Of a DNA stretch of 64,000 bases, positions 47,630 through 57,049 are shown piece after piece. The notes beneath the pieces are model-generated. The model was not told where the DNA came from, did no database searches, and was given only the letters and a program-made list of their open reading frames with translations. Every line of letters begins with the position of its first letter. Position 1 is the stretch's first letter. The position numbers and the translations under genes are program-made. The DNA lies in NCBI GenBank assembly GCA_047150005.1, contig AP038806.1, forward strand, positions 3,200,001 to 3,264,000, in the 5' to 3' direction. The DNA comes from Nitrospira sp. (GTDB lineage Bacteria; Nitrospirota; Nitrospiria; Nitrospirales; Nitrospiraceae).

Positions 47630-48574
47630 CTACCAACGGATTCGTTTCCTGTAACGCGCGCGAACGGTGATTGCCAATGCGTTCATCGCCAGCGTCATGA
47701 ACAGGAGGACCAGTCCGGCCGCGGCGGCGTTTACGTGGAAATCCTCTTGCGGCCTCGAGATCCAGTTGAACATCTGAATCGGCATGACCGTAAAGGGATC
47801 GAACATCCATTGAAAGGAGATGAATGGTGCTTCGGCCTGCCAGGGAGGATGCGGCAGAAATGCGATGAAGGACAGGGCGCCGACGGTGATCAACGGGGCG
47901 GTTTCTCCTACGGCGCGAGACAGTGCCAGAATCAGACCGGTCATGATGCCTCCCATGGAGCAGGGTAGGATATGGTGCTGGACTGTCTGCCACTTGGTGG
48001 CTCCCAGCGCATAGGCGGCCTCTCGGATCTGCGGCGGTACGGCCCGGATGGCTTCGCGCGCGGCGATGATGATCATCGGCAAGACCAGCAGCGCGAGGGT
48101 CAGGCCGGCGGTCAGGAAGCTTTGCCCAAGGCGGAACTCGTAGACGAACAGCGCAAGCGCCATCAGACCGTAGACGATCGACGGCACACCGGCCAGATTG
48201 GCGATGTTGATGTCGATCAGGGTGGTCAGCCTATTTTTCGGAGCATATTCTTCCAGGTAGATGGCCGCTCCGAGTCCCAAAGGGACGGCGACGAGCGCAG
48301 TCAGCAGCATGACGAGGATCGTTCCGATCCAGGCGCTCAGGATGCCAGCCTGCGCCGCAAACCGTGACGGGTAGGACGTCAGAAACTGCCAGGACAAGCG
48401 GCCGACGCCTTCCACCGCCAATTGGCCGATCAGCGCAAGCAGCACACTGAGGACCGTCAGCGTGACGAGAAAACCGGTCCGGGCAAACAATGCATCCATC
48501 CGCTTGCGGCGGGCCAGACGCCTGCGATCGGAATCGGAGCTAATAGACTTGGCGATAGCGTTTTCTAAGGACAT
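47630..48574 (-). CDS. pstA: Phosphate ABC transporter permease
   Basis: [32 protein letters not shown]. Confidence 0.96.
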   Translation of the reverse strand: MSLENAIAKSISSDSDRRRLARRKRMDALFARTGFLVTLTVLSVLLALIGQLAVEGVGRLSWQFLTSYPSRFAAQAGILSAWIGTILVMLLTALVAVPLGLGAAIYLEEYAPKNRLTTLIDINIANLAGVPSIVYGLMALALFVYEFRLGQSFLTAGLTLALLVLPMIIIAAREAIRAVPPQIREAAYALGATKWQTVQHHILPCSMGGIMTGLILALSRAVGETAPLITVGALSFIAFLPHPPWQAEAPFISFQWMFDPFTVMPIQMFNWISRPQEDFHVNAAAAGLVLLFMTLAMNALAITVRARYRKRIRW

Positions 48575-49484
48575 GGCCTGCGAGATTGAAGACGAATGTC
48601 ATGAGCAACAGCGTGAGACCCGTGGCGAAAATGGTCCGGTACCCGATGCTGCCGTGAGGCAAATCGCCCAGGCTGACTTGAACAATGTACGCCGTCATCG
48701 TGGCGGCCGGCTCCAGCGGGTTCCAGGTCAGGGTCGGCTGCATACCGGCGGCGATGGCGACCACCATGGTTTCTCCGATGGCTCGAGACACGCCGAGCAC
48801 GTATGCGGCGGCGATGCCGGACAGGGCAGAGGGAAAGACCACGCGCAACGCCGTCTGCATGCGTGTGGCGCCGAGAGCATAGGCGCCTTCACGGAGGGCG
48901 AGAGGGACGGCCCGCATGGCGTCTTCGCTCACCGAGCTGACGTAAGGCACAATCATGATGCCGATGACGAATCCGGCGCTCAGCATGTTGAAGCCCGGCA
49001 GGTCCGGCCAAATCCGCTGCAGCACGGGTGTGACGAAGAGCAGCGCAAAGTAACCGTATACGACGGTCGGGACGGCGCTCAGCAGTTCCAAGGCGGGTTT
49101 GACGGCTTCGCGCAGCGGGCGGGATGCGTACTCGCTCAAGTAGACGGCGACCACGCTGCCGGCGGGGATAGCCACGACCAGCGCGACTGTGGTGGTCACC
49201 ACGGTGCCGGACACGAGGGGAAGAATGCCGTAGTGCGGCTCGGAAAACAGCGGAGTCCACTGGCGGTCGGTCAGAAAATCGAGGAGCGAGACCTGTCGAA
49301 AGAACAGGAATGACTCATACGAGAGGACGCCAACAATCCCGACTGTGACGGCCACCGACGCCAACGCCGTGATCATCAAGAGCCATTCGACGATCTTCTC
49401 CTTGAACCGTGGAACCAAGACCGGCGGGACGCGAAACTCCTGTGCGTGCTTCAGTACGTCGGACTTGGCGGCTTCGGCGTCCAT
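48540..49484 (-). CDS. pstC: Phosphate ABC transporter permease
   Basis: ELLSAVPTVVYG, EGAYALGAT, RAIGETM. Confidence 0.96.
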   Translation of the reverse strand: MDAEAAKSDVLKHAQEFRVPPVLVPRFKEKIVEWLLMITALASVAVTVGIVGVLSYESFLFFRQVSLLDFLTDRQWTPLFSEPHYGILPLVSGTVVTTTVALVVAIPAGSVVAVYLSEYASRPLREAVKPALELLSAVPTVVYGYFALLFVTPVLQRIWPDLPGFNMLSAGFVIGIMIVPYVSSVSEDAMRAVPLALREGAYALGATRMQTALRVVFPSALSGIAAAYVLGVSRAIGETMVVAIAAGMQPTLTWNPLEPAATMTAYIVQVSLGDLPHGSIGYRTIFATGLTLLLMTFVFNLAGHVLRKRYRQVY

Positions 49485-49510
49485 GGCGACGATCCTTCCT
49501 TCAGCGTGGG

Positions 49511-50524
49511 CTACAGTGTCGCTTCCCGACGGAGCAATTCTTCGATCTTGATGCCGATCGTGGAAGCGCCCTGGAAGGCGGTGCCGACTTTTCCGTTCCG
49601 GAAGTGCGTGAGCGCCAGCTCATAGGCCTGCGCGGGAAGGGGGACGTACTTGACCTGCGGCGCCAAGGTCGCCGTCTGGGCCAGATAGAACTCGACGAAC
49701 CGTTTGACCTCCGGGCGCTCGGCCGCTTTGGCGTTGACATAGATGAACAGCGGGCGTGACAGCGGCTGGTAGGTGCCGTTCTCGACGGTCACGCGGGAAG
49801 GCAACACGGGCCCTTTCCCACCGTCGACCGCGACCGCCTTGAGGCGTTGTTGATTGGGTTCGAAATAGGCGTAGGGGATGTACCCCAGCGCCTGCTTGTC
49901 GTGAGAGATTCCTTGGACCAGCGTGTTGTCGTCTTCGCTGGCCGTATAGTCACCACGGCTGGCCTTGGCTTTGCCGACCACGGCTTCCGTGAAGTAGTCG
50001 AAGGTTCCCGAGTCGGCACCGGCGCCGAAGAGCTTGAGCGGGACTTCGGGCCAGGTGGGACGAATCTGGCTCCATTTCATGATGCGGCCTTGCGCGGAGG
50101 GTTCCCAAATCCGTTTGAGCTCGTCCAGAGTGAGGTGGTCGACCCACGTGGCCTGTGGACTCACGGCAATCGTCAGCGCATCGAAGGCCACCGGCAGTTC
50201 GATATAGGAAACGCCGTTGGCTCGGCAGACCTCCATTTCACCGGACTGGATGGGCCTGGAGGCGTCCTGCAGGTCCGTTTCGGCTCGGCAGAATTTCTTG
50301 AAGCCGCCCCCTGTGCCGGAAATGCCCACTGTGACGCGAACCGATCCGCGCGCGCTTTTCTGAAATTCCTCCGCCACGGCTTCGGTGATCGGGAAGACGG
50401 TGCTTGATCCGTCCACCTTGACCAGCGCCGTGGGCTGGGACAAGGTCGGGCTGCTGAACCACACGAGCATTCCGATCAGGCCAAGGCCTGTGACGACGCT
50501 TCCGGCTTGCTGCATCCTCCTCAT
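49511..50524 (-). CDS. pstS: Phosphate-binding periplasmic protein
   Basis: DGSSTVFP, SGTGGGFKKF, DSGTFDYF, YQPLSRPLFIY. Confidence 0.95.
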   Translation of the reverse strand: MRRMQQAGSVVTGLGLIGMLVWFSSPTLSQPTALVKVDGSSTVFPITEAVAEEFQKSARGSVRVTVGISGTGGGFKKFCRAETDLQDASRPIQSGEMEVCRANGVSYIELPVAFDALTIAVSPQATWVDHLTLDELKRIWEPSAQGRIMKWSQIRPTWPEVPLKLFGAGADSGTFDYFTEAVVGKAKASRGDYTASEDDNTLVQGISHDKQALGYIPYAYFEPNQQRLKAVAVDGGKGPVLPSRVTVENGTYQPLSRPLFIYVNAKAAERPEVKRFVEFYLAQTATLAPQVKYVPLPAQAYELALTHFRNGKVGTAFQGASTIGIKIEELLRREATL

Positions 50525-50588
50525 GGACGGACTCCTTTTCTAATCCTACGACTCCTTCGAGACGGCACGTTCGCTTCATACAACGCTC

Positions 50589-50643
50589 AGCATGTGCGAG
50601 GAACCTTTCGGCTCGATTACGTCTCTGTTAACAACGCGTTAAT
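50589..50643 (-). promoter_or_regulatory. Putative Pho-box-like array for pstSCAB-phoU
   Basis: Minus strand ATTAAC-N5-GTTAAC-N5-CGTAAT-N21-CATGCT. Confidence 0.6.
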
Positions 50644-50699
50644 TCTTCGCCCTGAGTCGGTGGAAGCGGCGCGGTTCCGAAACCGCGGGAAAAGCATTT

Positions 50700-50754
50700 G
50701 TTAACAATCCTGTAACCGCGCGGCAATTGCCCTGTGATCCGTTCGAGCTACACC
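50700..50754 (+). promoter_or_regulatory. Putative Pho-box-like array for the porin operon
   Basis: GTTAAC-N5-TGTAAC-N5-GGCAAT-N21-TACACC. Confidence 0.6.
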
Positions 50755-50813
50755 CGTAATTGTCAGCATCGTCATTAAGGATCCGGTTTCATACCAACCA
50801 AGGGGGAGTCGAT

Positions 50814-52379
50814 ATGACGTGGGTTCGAGTTTGGATAGGTTCAACATTTGGAGTTCTGGCACTGATGGTGGGCTTGCAGACGCCACTCGCCCTCGCCGGT
50901 ACGGCCAAGAACCAGCCGTCCACTGCTTCACCGGTCATCGTTGCGCAGAAGACCGACGAGCCGGCGCCGCCGCAAGGCCCGGCCTCGGCAAAGGACCTGC
51001 CGCCCGGCGGCACGGCGATCGAGGATCTGTTGCTGCAAAAGGGCGCGATCACGATGGACGAATGGATTCAGATCCGTGCGGAGCAAGAGTATCGCGTGGC
51101 GGACCAATCGCGGCGCATCGATTCGCTGGAGGAATGGAAGAATAAGACGGAATTGCTCCCGATCCTGAGAGACAAGGTCAATTTCGGACTCAACGCGTTG
51201 CAGTTTCTCTACGGCCATCTCGACACGCAGGTTCCGGAAGGACGCAGCCAGGACAGCTTTTCCATCCGGCGGTCGGAAATGCTGTTTTGGGGCAAGATCA
51301 GCGAAACGATTCCACGCTGGCACATTCTGATGGAGTTTCAGAGCATCAACCTGACGAGTAACACGCCGGCCGCCGCCAATCAGGTCGGGACTCCGACTTC
51401 CGCCACGTTCTTCCGGGAAAGCTATATCGACGTCAGACCAGTTCAGTCTTGGGCGCCCAATCTGAATCTTATCCGGATGGGTATCTTCCGAATGCCGTTC
51501 GGTATCTTCACTGAACAGTCTGGCGGGTTGCGTGATGTCATCAGCTCCCCCTATCTCACCCAAGTCGGCGGCGGAGGGGGACCAGGACAGAACCAGAATG
51601 GAACCGGTGGATCAATCGAATTCGTGCAGGAGCGCGACTATTTCATCGATGTGCGCGGAAAAATCGCCAACCGGCTCGAATATGTGACCGGTGTCATGAA
51701 CAACAATAATTTTCAGGCCAATGGCTTGGTCAACACGACGTCGGGCCTCGGGGGAGCCAATTCTCCAAAGGCTTGGTATGCACGCGTGCGTCTGTTCGGA
51801 AGCGACGTGTCATTCGTCAGTTTCACGACGATCCAAGGTGAATCCAACAATGCGGGAACGTTGATCAACGGCCGAGGAAAAGGGGTGTTCGATCGCTATG
51901 CGGTCGATTTTCGCTATACCTCTAAGATCCTGCCAGGTTTCATGGTGCAAGGCGAATACTGGCAAGGACACGACGGCGCTAACGCCACGACCGTCGGCAC
52001 CGGGGCCAACGGTTCTTGTCAAGTCACGGCGGTTTGCGGAGGTTCGGGAGCGCCCGGTGAGATGAGAAGGACCTATTATGTGCTGGGCAAGTATCTCTTT
52101 ACCGATGGGCCATTGGAGAATTTCGAGCCGACCGTCATGTGGGAGCAGTTCGATCCCAATACCAGCATGGGGAATGACTTGTATGAACGAACCATCGTCG
52201 GCCTGACTTACTACTTCGAGAATTTTCCGCCGAAGGTACAATCAAAAATCCAATTGAACTACGAGTTCCGGCACCATCAAGGCCTGGGCACTGGGCCGAA
52301 TACGCCGCCGTACAATTCAGCGACTGATCCTTTCGCCAACAATGCGTTCTTCATCCAGTTTCAAGTCCGATTCATGTAG
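50814..52379 (+). CDS. Outer-membrane porin, probably phosphate-selective (OprO/OprP-like)
   Basis: Signal peptide, LLLQKGAIT N-domain, FSIRRSE, G.FRMPFG, amphipathic C-terminus FFIQFQVRFM; divergent from pstS. Confidence 0.7.
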   Translation: MTWVRVWIGSTFGVLALMVGLQTPLALAGTAKNQPSTASPVIVAQKTDEPAPPQGPASAKDLPPGGTAIEDLLLQKGAITMDEWIQIRAEQEYRVADQSRRIDSLEEWKNKTELLPILRDKVNFGLNALQFLYGHLDTQVPEGRSQDSFSIRRSEMLFWGKISETIPRWHILMEFQSINLTSNTPAAANQVGTPTSATFFRESYIDVRPVQSWAPNLNLIRMGIFRMPFGIFTEQSGGLRDVISSPYLTQVGGGGGPGQNQNGTGGSIEFVQERDYFIDVRGKIANRLEYVTGVMNNNNFQANGLVNTTSGLGGANSPKAWYARVRLFGSDVSFVSFTTIQGESNNAGTLINGRGKGVFDRYAVDFRYTSKILPGFMVQGEYWQGHDGANATTVGTGANGSCQVTAVCGGSGAPGEMRRTYYVLGKYLFTDGPLENFEPTVMWEQFDPNTSMGNDLYERTIVGLTYYFENFPPKVQSKIQLNYEFRHHQGLGTGPNTPPYNSATDPFANNAFFIQFQVRFM

Positions 52380-52451
52380 CAACCTGAATAAATGTGTCGG
52401 TGGAAATTTTCTCATTGCATCGGAAACCGGCTAGGGAGTAAGGAGGATGAT

Positions 52452-52985
52452 ATGAAACGTGTTTCGGCGACTGCGATGTTGTTGGCGTCTCTGGCGTGCG
52501 GCGCCTGCTCGCCGTCTCAAGTGTTCGCTCCAGAGGTCATGGAAGGGGTGGAGCAGGAATTTGATTTCTCGAGATGGCGGGCGTTGCCGAACCAGGATGA
52601 GGGCAAGAAAGTGGAGCTTGGCGGCGCGATTCTGCAATCGGATGTGAAGGAGGATACGGTTACGCTGGTGCTGAGGCAGCTCCCGATCGTTAAACATCCC
52701 GCGTACGGCCCAAAAGACACGGGCAAGCGGAGCGGCGAGTTCGCCGCCACCTTCTCAGGAACCCTCGAACCCAAGTTTCTTCAACGGGGAAACAGGGTGG
52801 TCGTGATCGGGACGACCAGATTGGCCAAAGTCGTCGTCGTGGACGATATTCCCCGCAGCCTCCCGAACCTGGAAGTCAAGTGCCTGCACATCTGGAATAC
52901 CGGCGGACGTGAGATTGCCGATTTCCCTTCGTTCGGAGCGGGCTACGAGACGCTCGAGAACCAGACGTGGTGCGCATCCAAATAG
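52452..52985 (+). CDS. Slp family outer-membrane lipoprotein
   Basis: Lipobox, GKKVELGGAIL, QLPI, GEF...LEP....GNRVVVIG. Confidence 0.75.
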   Translation: MKRVSATAMLLASLACGACSPSQVFAPEVMEGVEQEFDFSRWRALPNQDEGKKVELGGAILQSDVKEDTVTLVLRQLPIVKHPAYGPKDTGKRSGEFAATFSGTLEPKFLQRGNRVVVIGTTRLAKVVVVDDIPRSLPNLEVKCLHIWNTGGREIADFPSFGAGYETLENQTWCASK

Positions 52986-53021
52986 GAAGGTCGTGCTGAC
53001 CGCGGCCATAGTGAGAACGGA

Positions 53022-53372
53022 TTGAAAGAAGACCGGCACATCAGCATACGGCAATGGTTCCGCAGCGTTTGTCCTGTTCTCGTACTGTGGATAGCCGGTG
53101 CCGTGGTGGCCGGATGCGGCCATGAGGCCGCGCTCACCCGTGAGACCGAGACGGGCGGAGTCGTCACGTTTCCGATCCAGAGCGAGGGGGATGTATTGTC
53201 GTCTGCGGGCCGCCGAGATGCGCTTCGCGTGATCGCCGACAAGTGTCCGAACGGCTCGCGTATCGTCAAGGAAGGTGAAATTCCCAAGGTCAGCAAAGCA
53301 GCCGATCGCAACTGGCGCGGGCAAATGGGAACCGAACGTATCTGGGGGATTCAATTCACATGCGGACAATGA
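53022..53372 (+). CDS. Hypothetical lipoprotein
   Basis: VAGC lipobox; start uncertain. Confidence 0.6.
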   Translation: MKEDRHISIRQWFRSVCPVLVLWIAGAVVAGCGHEAALTRETETGGVVTFPIQSEGDVLSSAGRRDALRVIADKCPNGSRIVKEGEIPKVSKAADRNWRGQMGTERIWGIQFTCGQ

Positions 53373-54301
53373 TCGCGGTGCCGCTCATGAGTATGCGATG
53401 GATTCTAGGGATAGGGCTTGTCGTCGCAGCAGCGGGACTGTCCGGCTGCGCGGCCTTGACCGGTGAGAGGACGACCTTCAACCAGGGAGGGGCGAAGATC
53501 GGCCTCGAGCGCGATCCGACGATCGCCCGCGCAAAGACCGACGTTCATAATGCCCATCCCGCCAATCTGACGGGGGCCGAGGTGCGGACGCTGCTCGGTG
53601 CGGTCGAAGTGAGCGGCTGGACCGGGACGATCGTCGGAATCTTCGAGAACCCGAGACCCGCGCCCTTGTTGACCGAGGAACAGCTCAACGCGTACGCGGA
53701 TCCACTATCGGATGCCTTTCGGCAGGCGGGACCGGCGGAACGCGTGACGTTTTCATTTCCGAAGCCCGACGTGAAATACAGCGACAACAGAACGATCGGC
53801 TCCCTGTTCGTGCGCGATAAGTATCTGCACGTCGTGCTGACGGATCATGCCTCATTGACCCGTGCCGACACGGGCGGCGATGACCTGAAGGATCCTCGGG
53901 ATACCAAAGGGATGAAGCTCTGGGTGGCTCTCCCGGCCCGTGCGGCCGTCGTTCCGGATCTCCAGGAGCCCAACTGGGCGGCATTCGAGACGGTTCACGT
54001 CTCGCTGGATATGAAGGAGGCCATCGCGCTTCGCTCGGCGAAACCCCCGGTCCAAGTCGGTCGAGAGTCCGCCATCACCCCTTCTCCTGTCGCCAGCGAC
54101 GCCGGGCCGTCCAAGCAGGATCTGCAGAACCAAGTCCGCGAGCTGACGAATTCCAACCTTGAATTGCGGGGTCGGTTGGATGATCAGGCCAAACAGATGA
54201 AGGCCTTGAACGACGAGATGAATCGTCTTCGTCTCGAGATGGACCAGGCCAAGTCACCTAAGACGCCTCCCCGCAAGAGCCCGGCCCCTTCTGCCCCTTG
54301 A
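53360..54301 (+). CDS. Hypothetical lipoprotein with C-terminal coiled coil
   Basis: LSGC lipobox, LQNQVRELTNSNLELRGRLDD coiled coil; start may be a few codons later. Confidence 0.7.
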   Translation: MRTMIAVPLMSMRWILGIGLVVAAAGLSGCAALTGERTTFNQGGAKIGLERDPTIARAKTDVHNAHPANLTGAEVRTLLGAVEVSGWTGTIVGIFENPRPAPLLTEEQLNAYADPLSDAFRQAGPAERVTFSFPKPDVKYSDNRTIGSLFVRDKYLHVVLTDHASLTRADTGGDDLKDPRDTKGMKLWVALPARAAVVPDLQEPNWAAFETVHVSLDMKEAIALRSAKPPVQVGRESAITPSPVASDAGPSKQDLQNQVRELTNSNLELRGRLDDQAKQMKALNDEMNRLRLEMDQAKSPKTPPRKSPAPSAP

Positions 54302-54309
54302 CGGGCGCA

Positions 54310-55392
54310 CTAGCGACGAACCGGTGCGGACCCCGTCGTAATTTCCGATGCCACGGCGCTCTTGTTGATCTGCTGCGCAGGTAATGGAAAGAAGCCCGCT
54401 TTGACGACCGCCTGCTGGCCGTCCTGGCTCATCAGGAAGGCCAGGAACTCCTGTACGGCTGCGGGAAGCGCTGTCTTAGGAGTCTTGTCCAGATAGAGAT
54501 AGAGCATGCGTCGCAGCGGATAGGACTGATCGGCGACGGTAGCCGGGGAGGGGGTAATGAAGGGTGTGCCGGCGGCCTCGGCCAAGGGAACGGCGCGCAC
54601 CATCGAGGATTCCAGACCGAGCCCGCTGTATCCGATGCCGAGCTGATCCCGGCCCAGGCTGAGTATCACCGAAGCGGCTCCCGGATTCTCATGCACTGAC
54701 GGTATGAATTCTCCGCCTCCCAGACAGTGTTCCTGGAAAAAGGCCCTTGTACCGGATTTTCTGTCGCGGCCGTACAGCTGAATCGGGGCGTCGCTCCAGC
54801 CCTCCGACAGCCCGAGCTGTCCCCACTGCGTGATTGGGGTCTTGTGCCCGCGAAGGCGTGTGCTCGAGAACATCGCGTCCACCTGTTCGAGGGTCAGCGC
54901 GTTCAAAGGATTGTCCTTATGGACGTAGATAGCCACGGCGTCGACCGCCACCGGCACGGCCACCGGTTCGTAATCGTGTTGCGCGACGAATTCCTTGAGC
55001 TCCGAATCGAAGAGCTCGCGCGAGGTCGCGACCAGGGAGAAGTGTTGGGAGCGCTCCTCTTTGAGCATCACCTTTCCAGTTTTGTTCAGTGGAGGCTGGA
55101 GAAATTCCTCGATCGCTTTGGACGACCCTCCGCCGCGTACTTCGATACGGACGTTCGGCTGGCGGCGCTGAAATTCGAGGCTCAGGCGTGAGAGTAACGG
55201 GTACATGGTTTCCGAACCCTGGATCTTGAGGCTGCCCTTCACCTGGGTCTGAGGAGCATAGCGTGCGAGTTCGTTATCCGGACTGACCGAAGCGAACGGT
55301 CCTCCCTGTTCGGCGGCGGCGGGATCGACCGTCACGGCGAGGGCGCAGACACCGACGAGCCAAGCACCTCGTTTGAGCATTGAGTGCAACAT
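54310..55392 (-). CDS. Second PstS-family phosphate-binding protein
   Basis: GSETMYPL, GSSKA, DAVAIYVH, GRDRKSGT, YPLRRMLYLY; start 55392 or 55380. Confidence 0.85.
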   Translation of the reverse strand: MLHSMLKRGAWLVGVCALAVTVDPAAAEQGGPFASVSPDNELARYAPQTQVKGSLKIQGSETMYPLLSRLSLEFQRRQPNVRIEVRGGGSSKAIEEFLQPPLNKTGKVMLKEERSQHFSLVATSRELFDSELKEFVAQHDYEPVAVPVAVDAVAIYVHKDNPLNALTLEQVDAMFSSTRLRGHKTPITQWGQLGLSEGWSDAPIQLYGRDRKSGTRAFFQEHCLGGGEFIPSVHENPGAASVILSLGRDQLGIGYSGLGLESSMVRAVPLAEAAGTPFITPSPATVADQSYPLRRMLYLYLDKTPKTALPAAVQEFLAFLMSQDGQQAVVKAGFFPLPAQQINKSAVASEITTGSAPVRR

Positions 55393-55445
55393 TCCCGGGT
55401 CCTTTCTTCGTAAGGTCGCTGGGTTCATACCCAATTTATCCCCGA

Positions 55446-55500
55446 ACGTTATCGGGATAGAGTTTCCGGCGGGTAACCTGAATGTTACAAGATTGTTAAC
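55446..55500 (-). promoter_or_regulatory. Putative Pho-box-like array for the second pstS
   Basis: Minus strand GTTAAC-N5-TGTAAC-N5-GGTTAC-N21-TAACGT. Confidence 0.65.
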
Positions 55501-55563
55501 TCTCACCGGAGCCAGTAAGCGCAGTGAGCCCTGTAGTCTCGAGAGCCGAGCCAAGTTTAGAGG

Positions 55564-56511
55564 CTATAGGACGCGGTAATACAGGACGGTGCTGGTGCCG
55601 GTGTTGGCGTCTCGGCGGAGGATCACGATCGCCTGCCTGACGACGTCGTTGACGGTCAGGGTCATGCGGGCGGAGAAGACATCGCTCTTGATGTCATACA
55701 CGTTTTGAAGACGCAGTTCCTTGCCGACCGCCTCGAAGCTTCCGACCCGATCCAGTTCTTGAAGGGTCTTGTAGGGCCGGCCTTGAATGATCTCGCCGGC
55801 GACGGCTTGGCTGACGCGTGCATCCAACGCCTGCAGCACGATCGACTCGGCGGTATTGAGATTCAAACGGCCCTCGCCCTCCTGAGGAAACACCGTGACG
55901 TAGCGCGAAATCTTGTCGAAGCTGTCCGCCGTCATGCCCTTGACGAGACGGAGTTCCCCAAGAGTCTGCAGCGGGGCGTTCGCGGCACGATACGGCGGAT
56001 GCAGAGATTGGTAGTAGAGCGTCTCGGCGCCGGCCGGCTCCGGAGTATCGTCGGGGTCGATCCAGTCGACGATCGCATCGACGATTTCGGGGCTGATCTG
56101 TATCAGCTCGAACAGGCGTTTCACCCTGAGCACCTTGCTTTTTCTGGCATTGGGATCCCCGCCCGCCGCCAGGTCGTTGAGATTCAGCTTGCCGCGCTCG
56201 TCTTCGATTTGCGCGCTCAACACACCGTCGCCGATGGGGTATTGCTGAATCGGAAAGGCCCACAGGTCCGTCGGCGCGTCGTAAAACCGTCCGGCTTGCC
56301 GGTCCTTGAGGAAATCCTGCTGGAGGACGGCCCTGGCCGCCTGCACGGCGGCGCGCGTCAGCACCGTGGCCTTGAAACTGTCTCGGAAGGCTGCCGCGTC
56401 CCGGTATTCGCGTCGCGCCTCGGAGTCAAACTCCAAGATCAAGGCGACGAGCAGGGTGAGGATCAACAGCGCGAGAAGGAGGGCGACGCCGCGCTCGTCA
56501 GACCTTGACAT
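55564..56511 (-). CDS. gspK: T2SS minor pseudopilin K
   Basis: RGVALLLAL, DERGKLNLN, DWIDPD, ELRLVKG, NLNTA. Confidence 0.92.
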   Translation of the reverse strand: MSRSDERGVALLLALLILTLLVALILEFDSEARREYRDAAAFRDSFKATVLTRAAVQAARAVLQQDFLKDRQAGRFYDAPTDLWAFPIQQYPIGDGVLSAQIEDERGKLNLNDLAAGGDPNARKSKVLRVKRLFELIQISPEIVDAIVDWIDPDDTPEPAGAETLYYQSLHPPYRAANAPLQTLGELRLVKGMTADSFDKISRYVTVFPQEGEGRLNLNTAESIVLQALDARVSQAVAGEIIQGRPYKTLQELDRVGSFEAVGKELRLQNVYDIKSDVFSARMTLTVNDVVRQAIVILRRDANTGTSTVLYYRVL

Positions 56512-57049
56512 AGGTGACGATTCTCAACGAGGCATCCAGACTGACCGGGTTGTCATATTTCGGCTTGATCTGGATGTGACGCACCTGAACGTCGTAGGGT
56601 GCCTGCTCCAGCACGACCAGGAGTGCCAGGAGCTGCGGCAGTTCCACGCCGTCAAGACGGAGATCGACGGCGGTTTCCTGATAGCCTTGTACCGTGGTCG
56701 GCTGCTGCGGTTGCATGCCGACGATACGGTCCCTGAGCTGGGCCGATGTGGCCGCCTCTTCCATGAAGGCCAACAGGGAGAAATTGCTCTCGGTCGGTGG
56801 GAGCCGTTGCTCGCGCTGGGCCAGTCTGGCCTGCTTCGCGGCGTATTCCGCGGCCAGCAGAGTCAGCTCCGATCGTTCCTTCTGCTTGCGGACGGTTTTT
56901 CTCTCCAGCTGGTCCATCTTGGCGAGTAGCGGATCGATCAGCACCAGAAACAGAAGGCAGGCCAAGAGCACCGCTCCCCCGATGCTCACGATCATCCGTT
57001 CGCGAGGAGCAAGATGGCGCCATCGCTCTCTGAGGGTCTGCATCATCAT
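56498..57049 (-). CDS. gspM: T2SS protein M
   Basis: W..LAPRER followed by one TM, periplasmic ferredoxin-like domain; operon position. Confidence 0.85.
   Translation of the reverse strand: MMMQTLRERWRHLAPRERMIVSIGGAVLLACLLFLVLIDPLLAKMDQLERKTVRKQKERSELTLLAAEYAAKQARLAQREQRLPPTESNFSLLAFMEEAATSAQLRDRIVGMQPQQPTTVQGYQETAVDLRLDGVELPQLLALLVVLEQAPYDVQVRHIQIKPKYDNPVSLDASLRIVTYVKV

Noticed and set aside
46839..47993. 384-aa version of PstB
   Set aside because: The extension overlaps pstA; ATG 47624 gives a normal-length PstB
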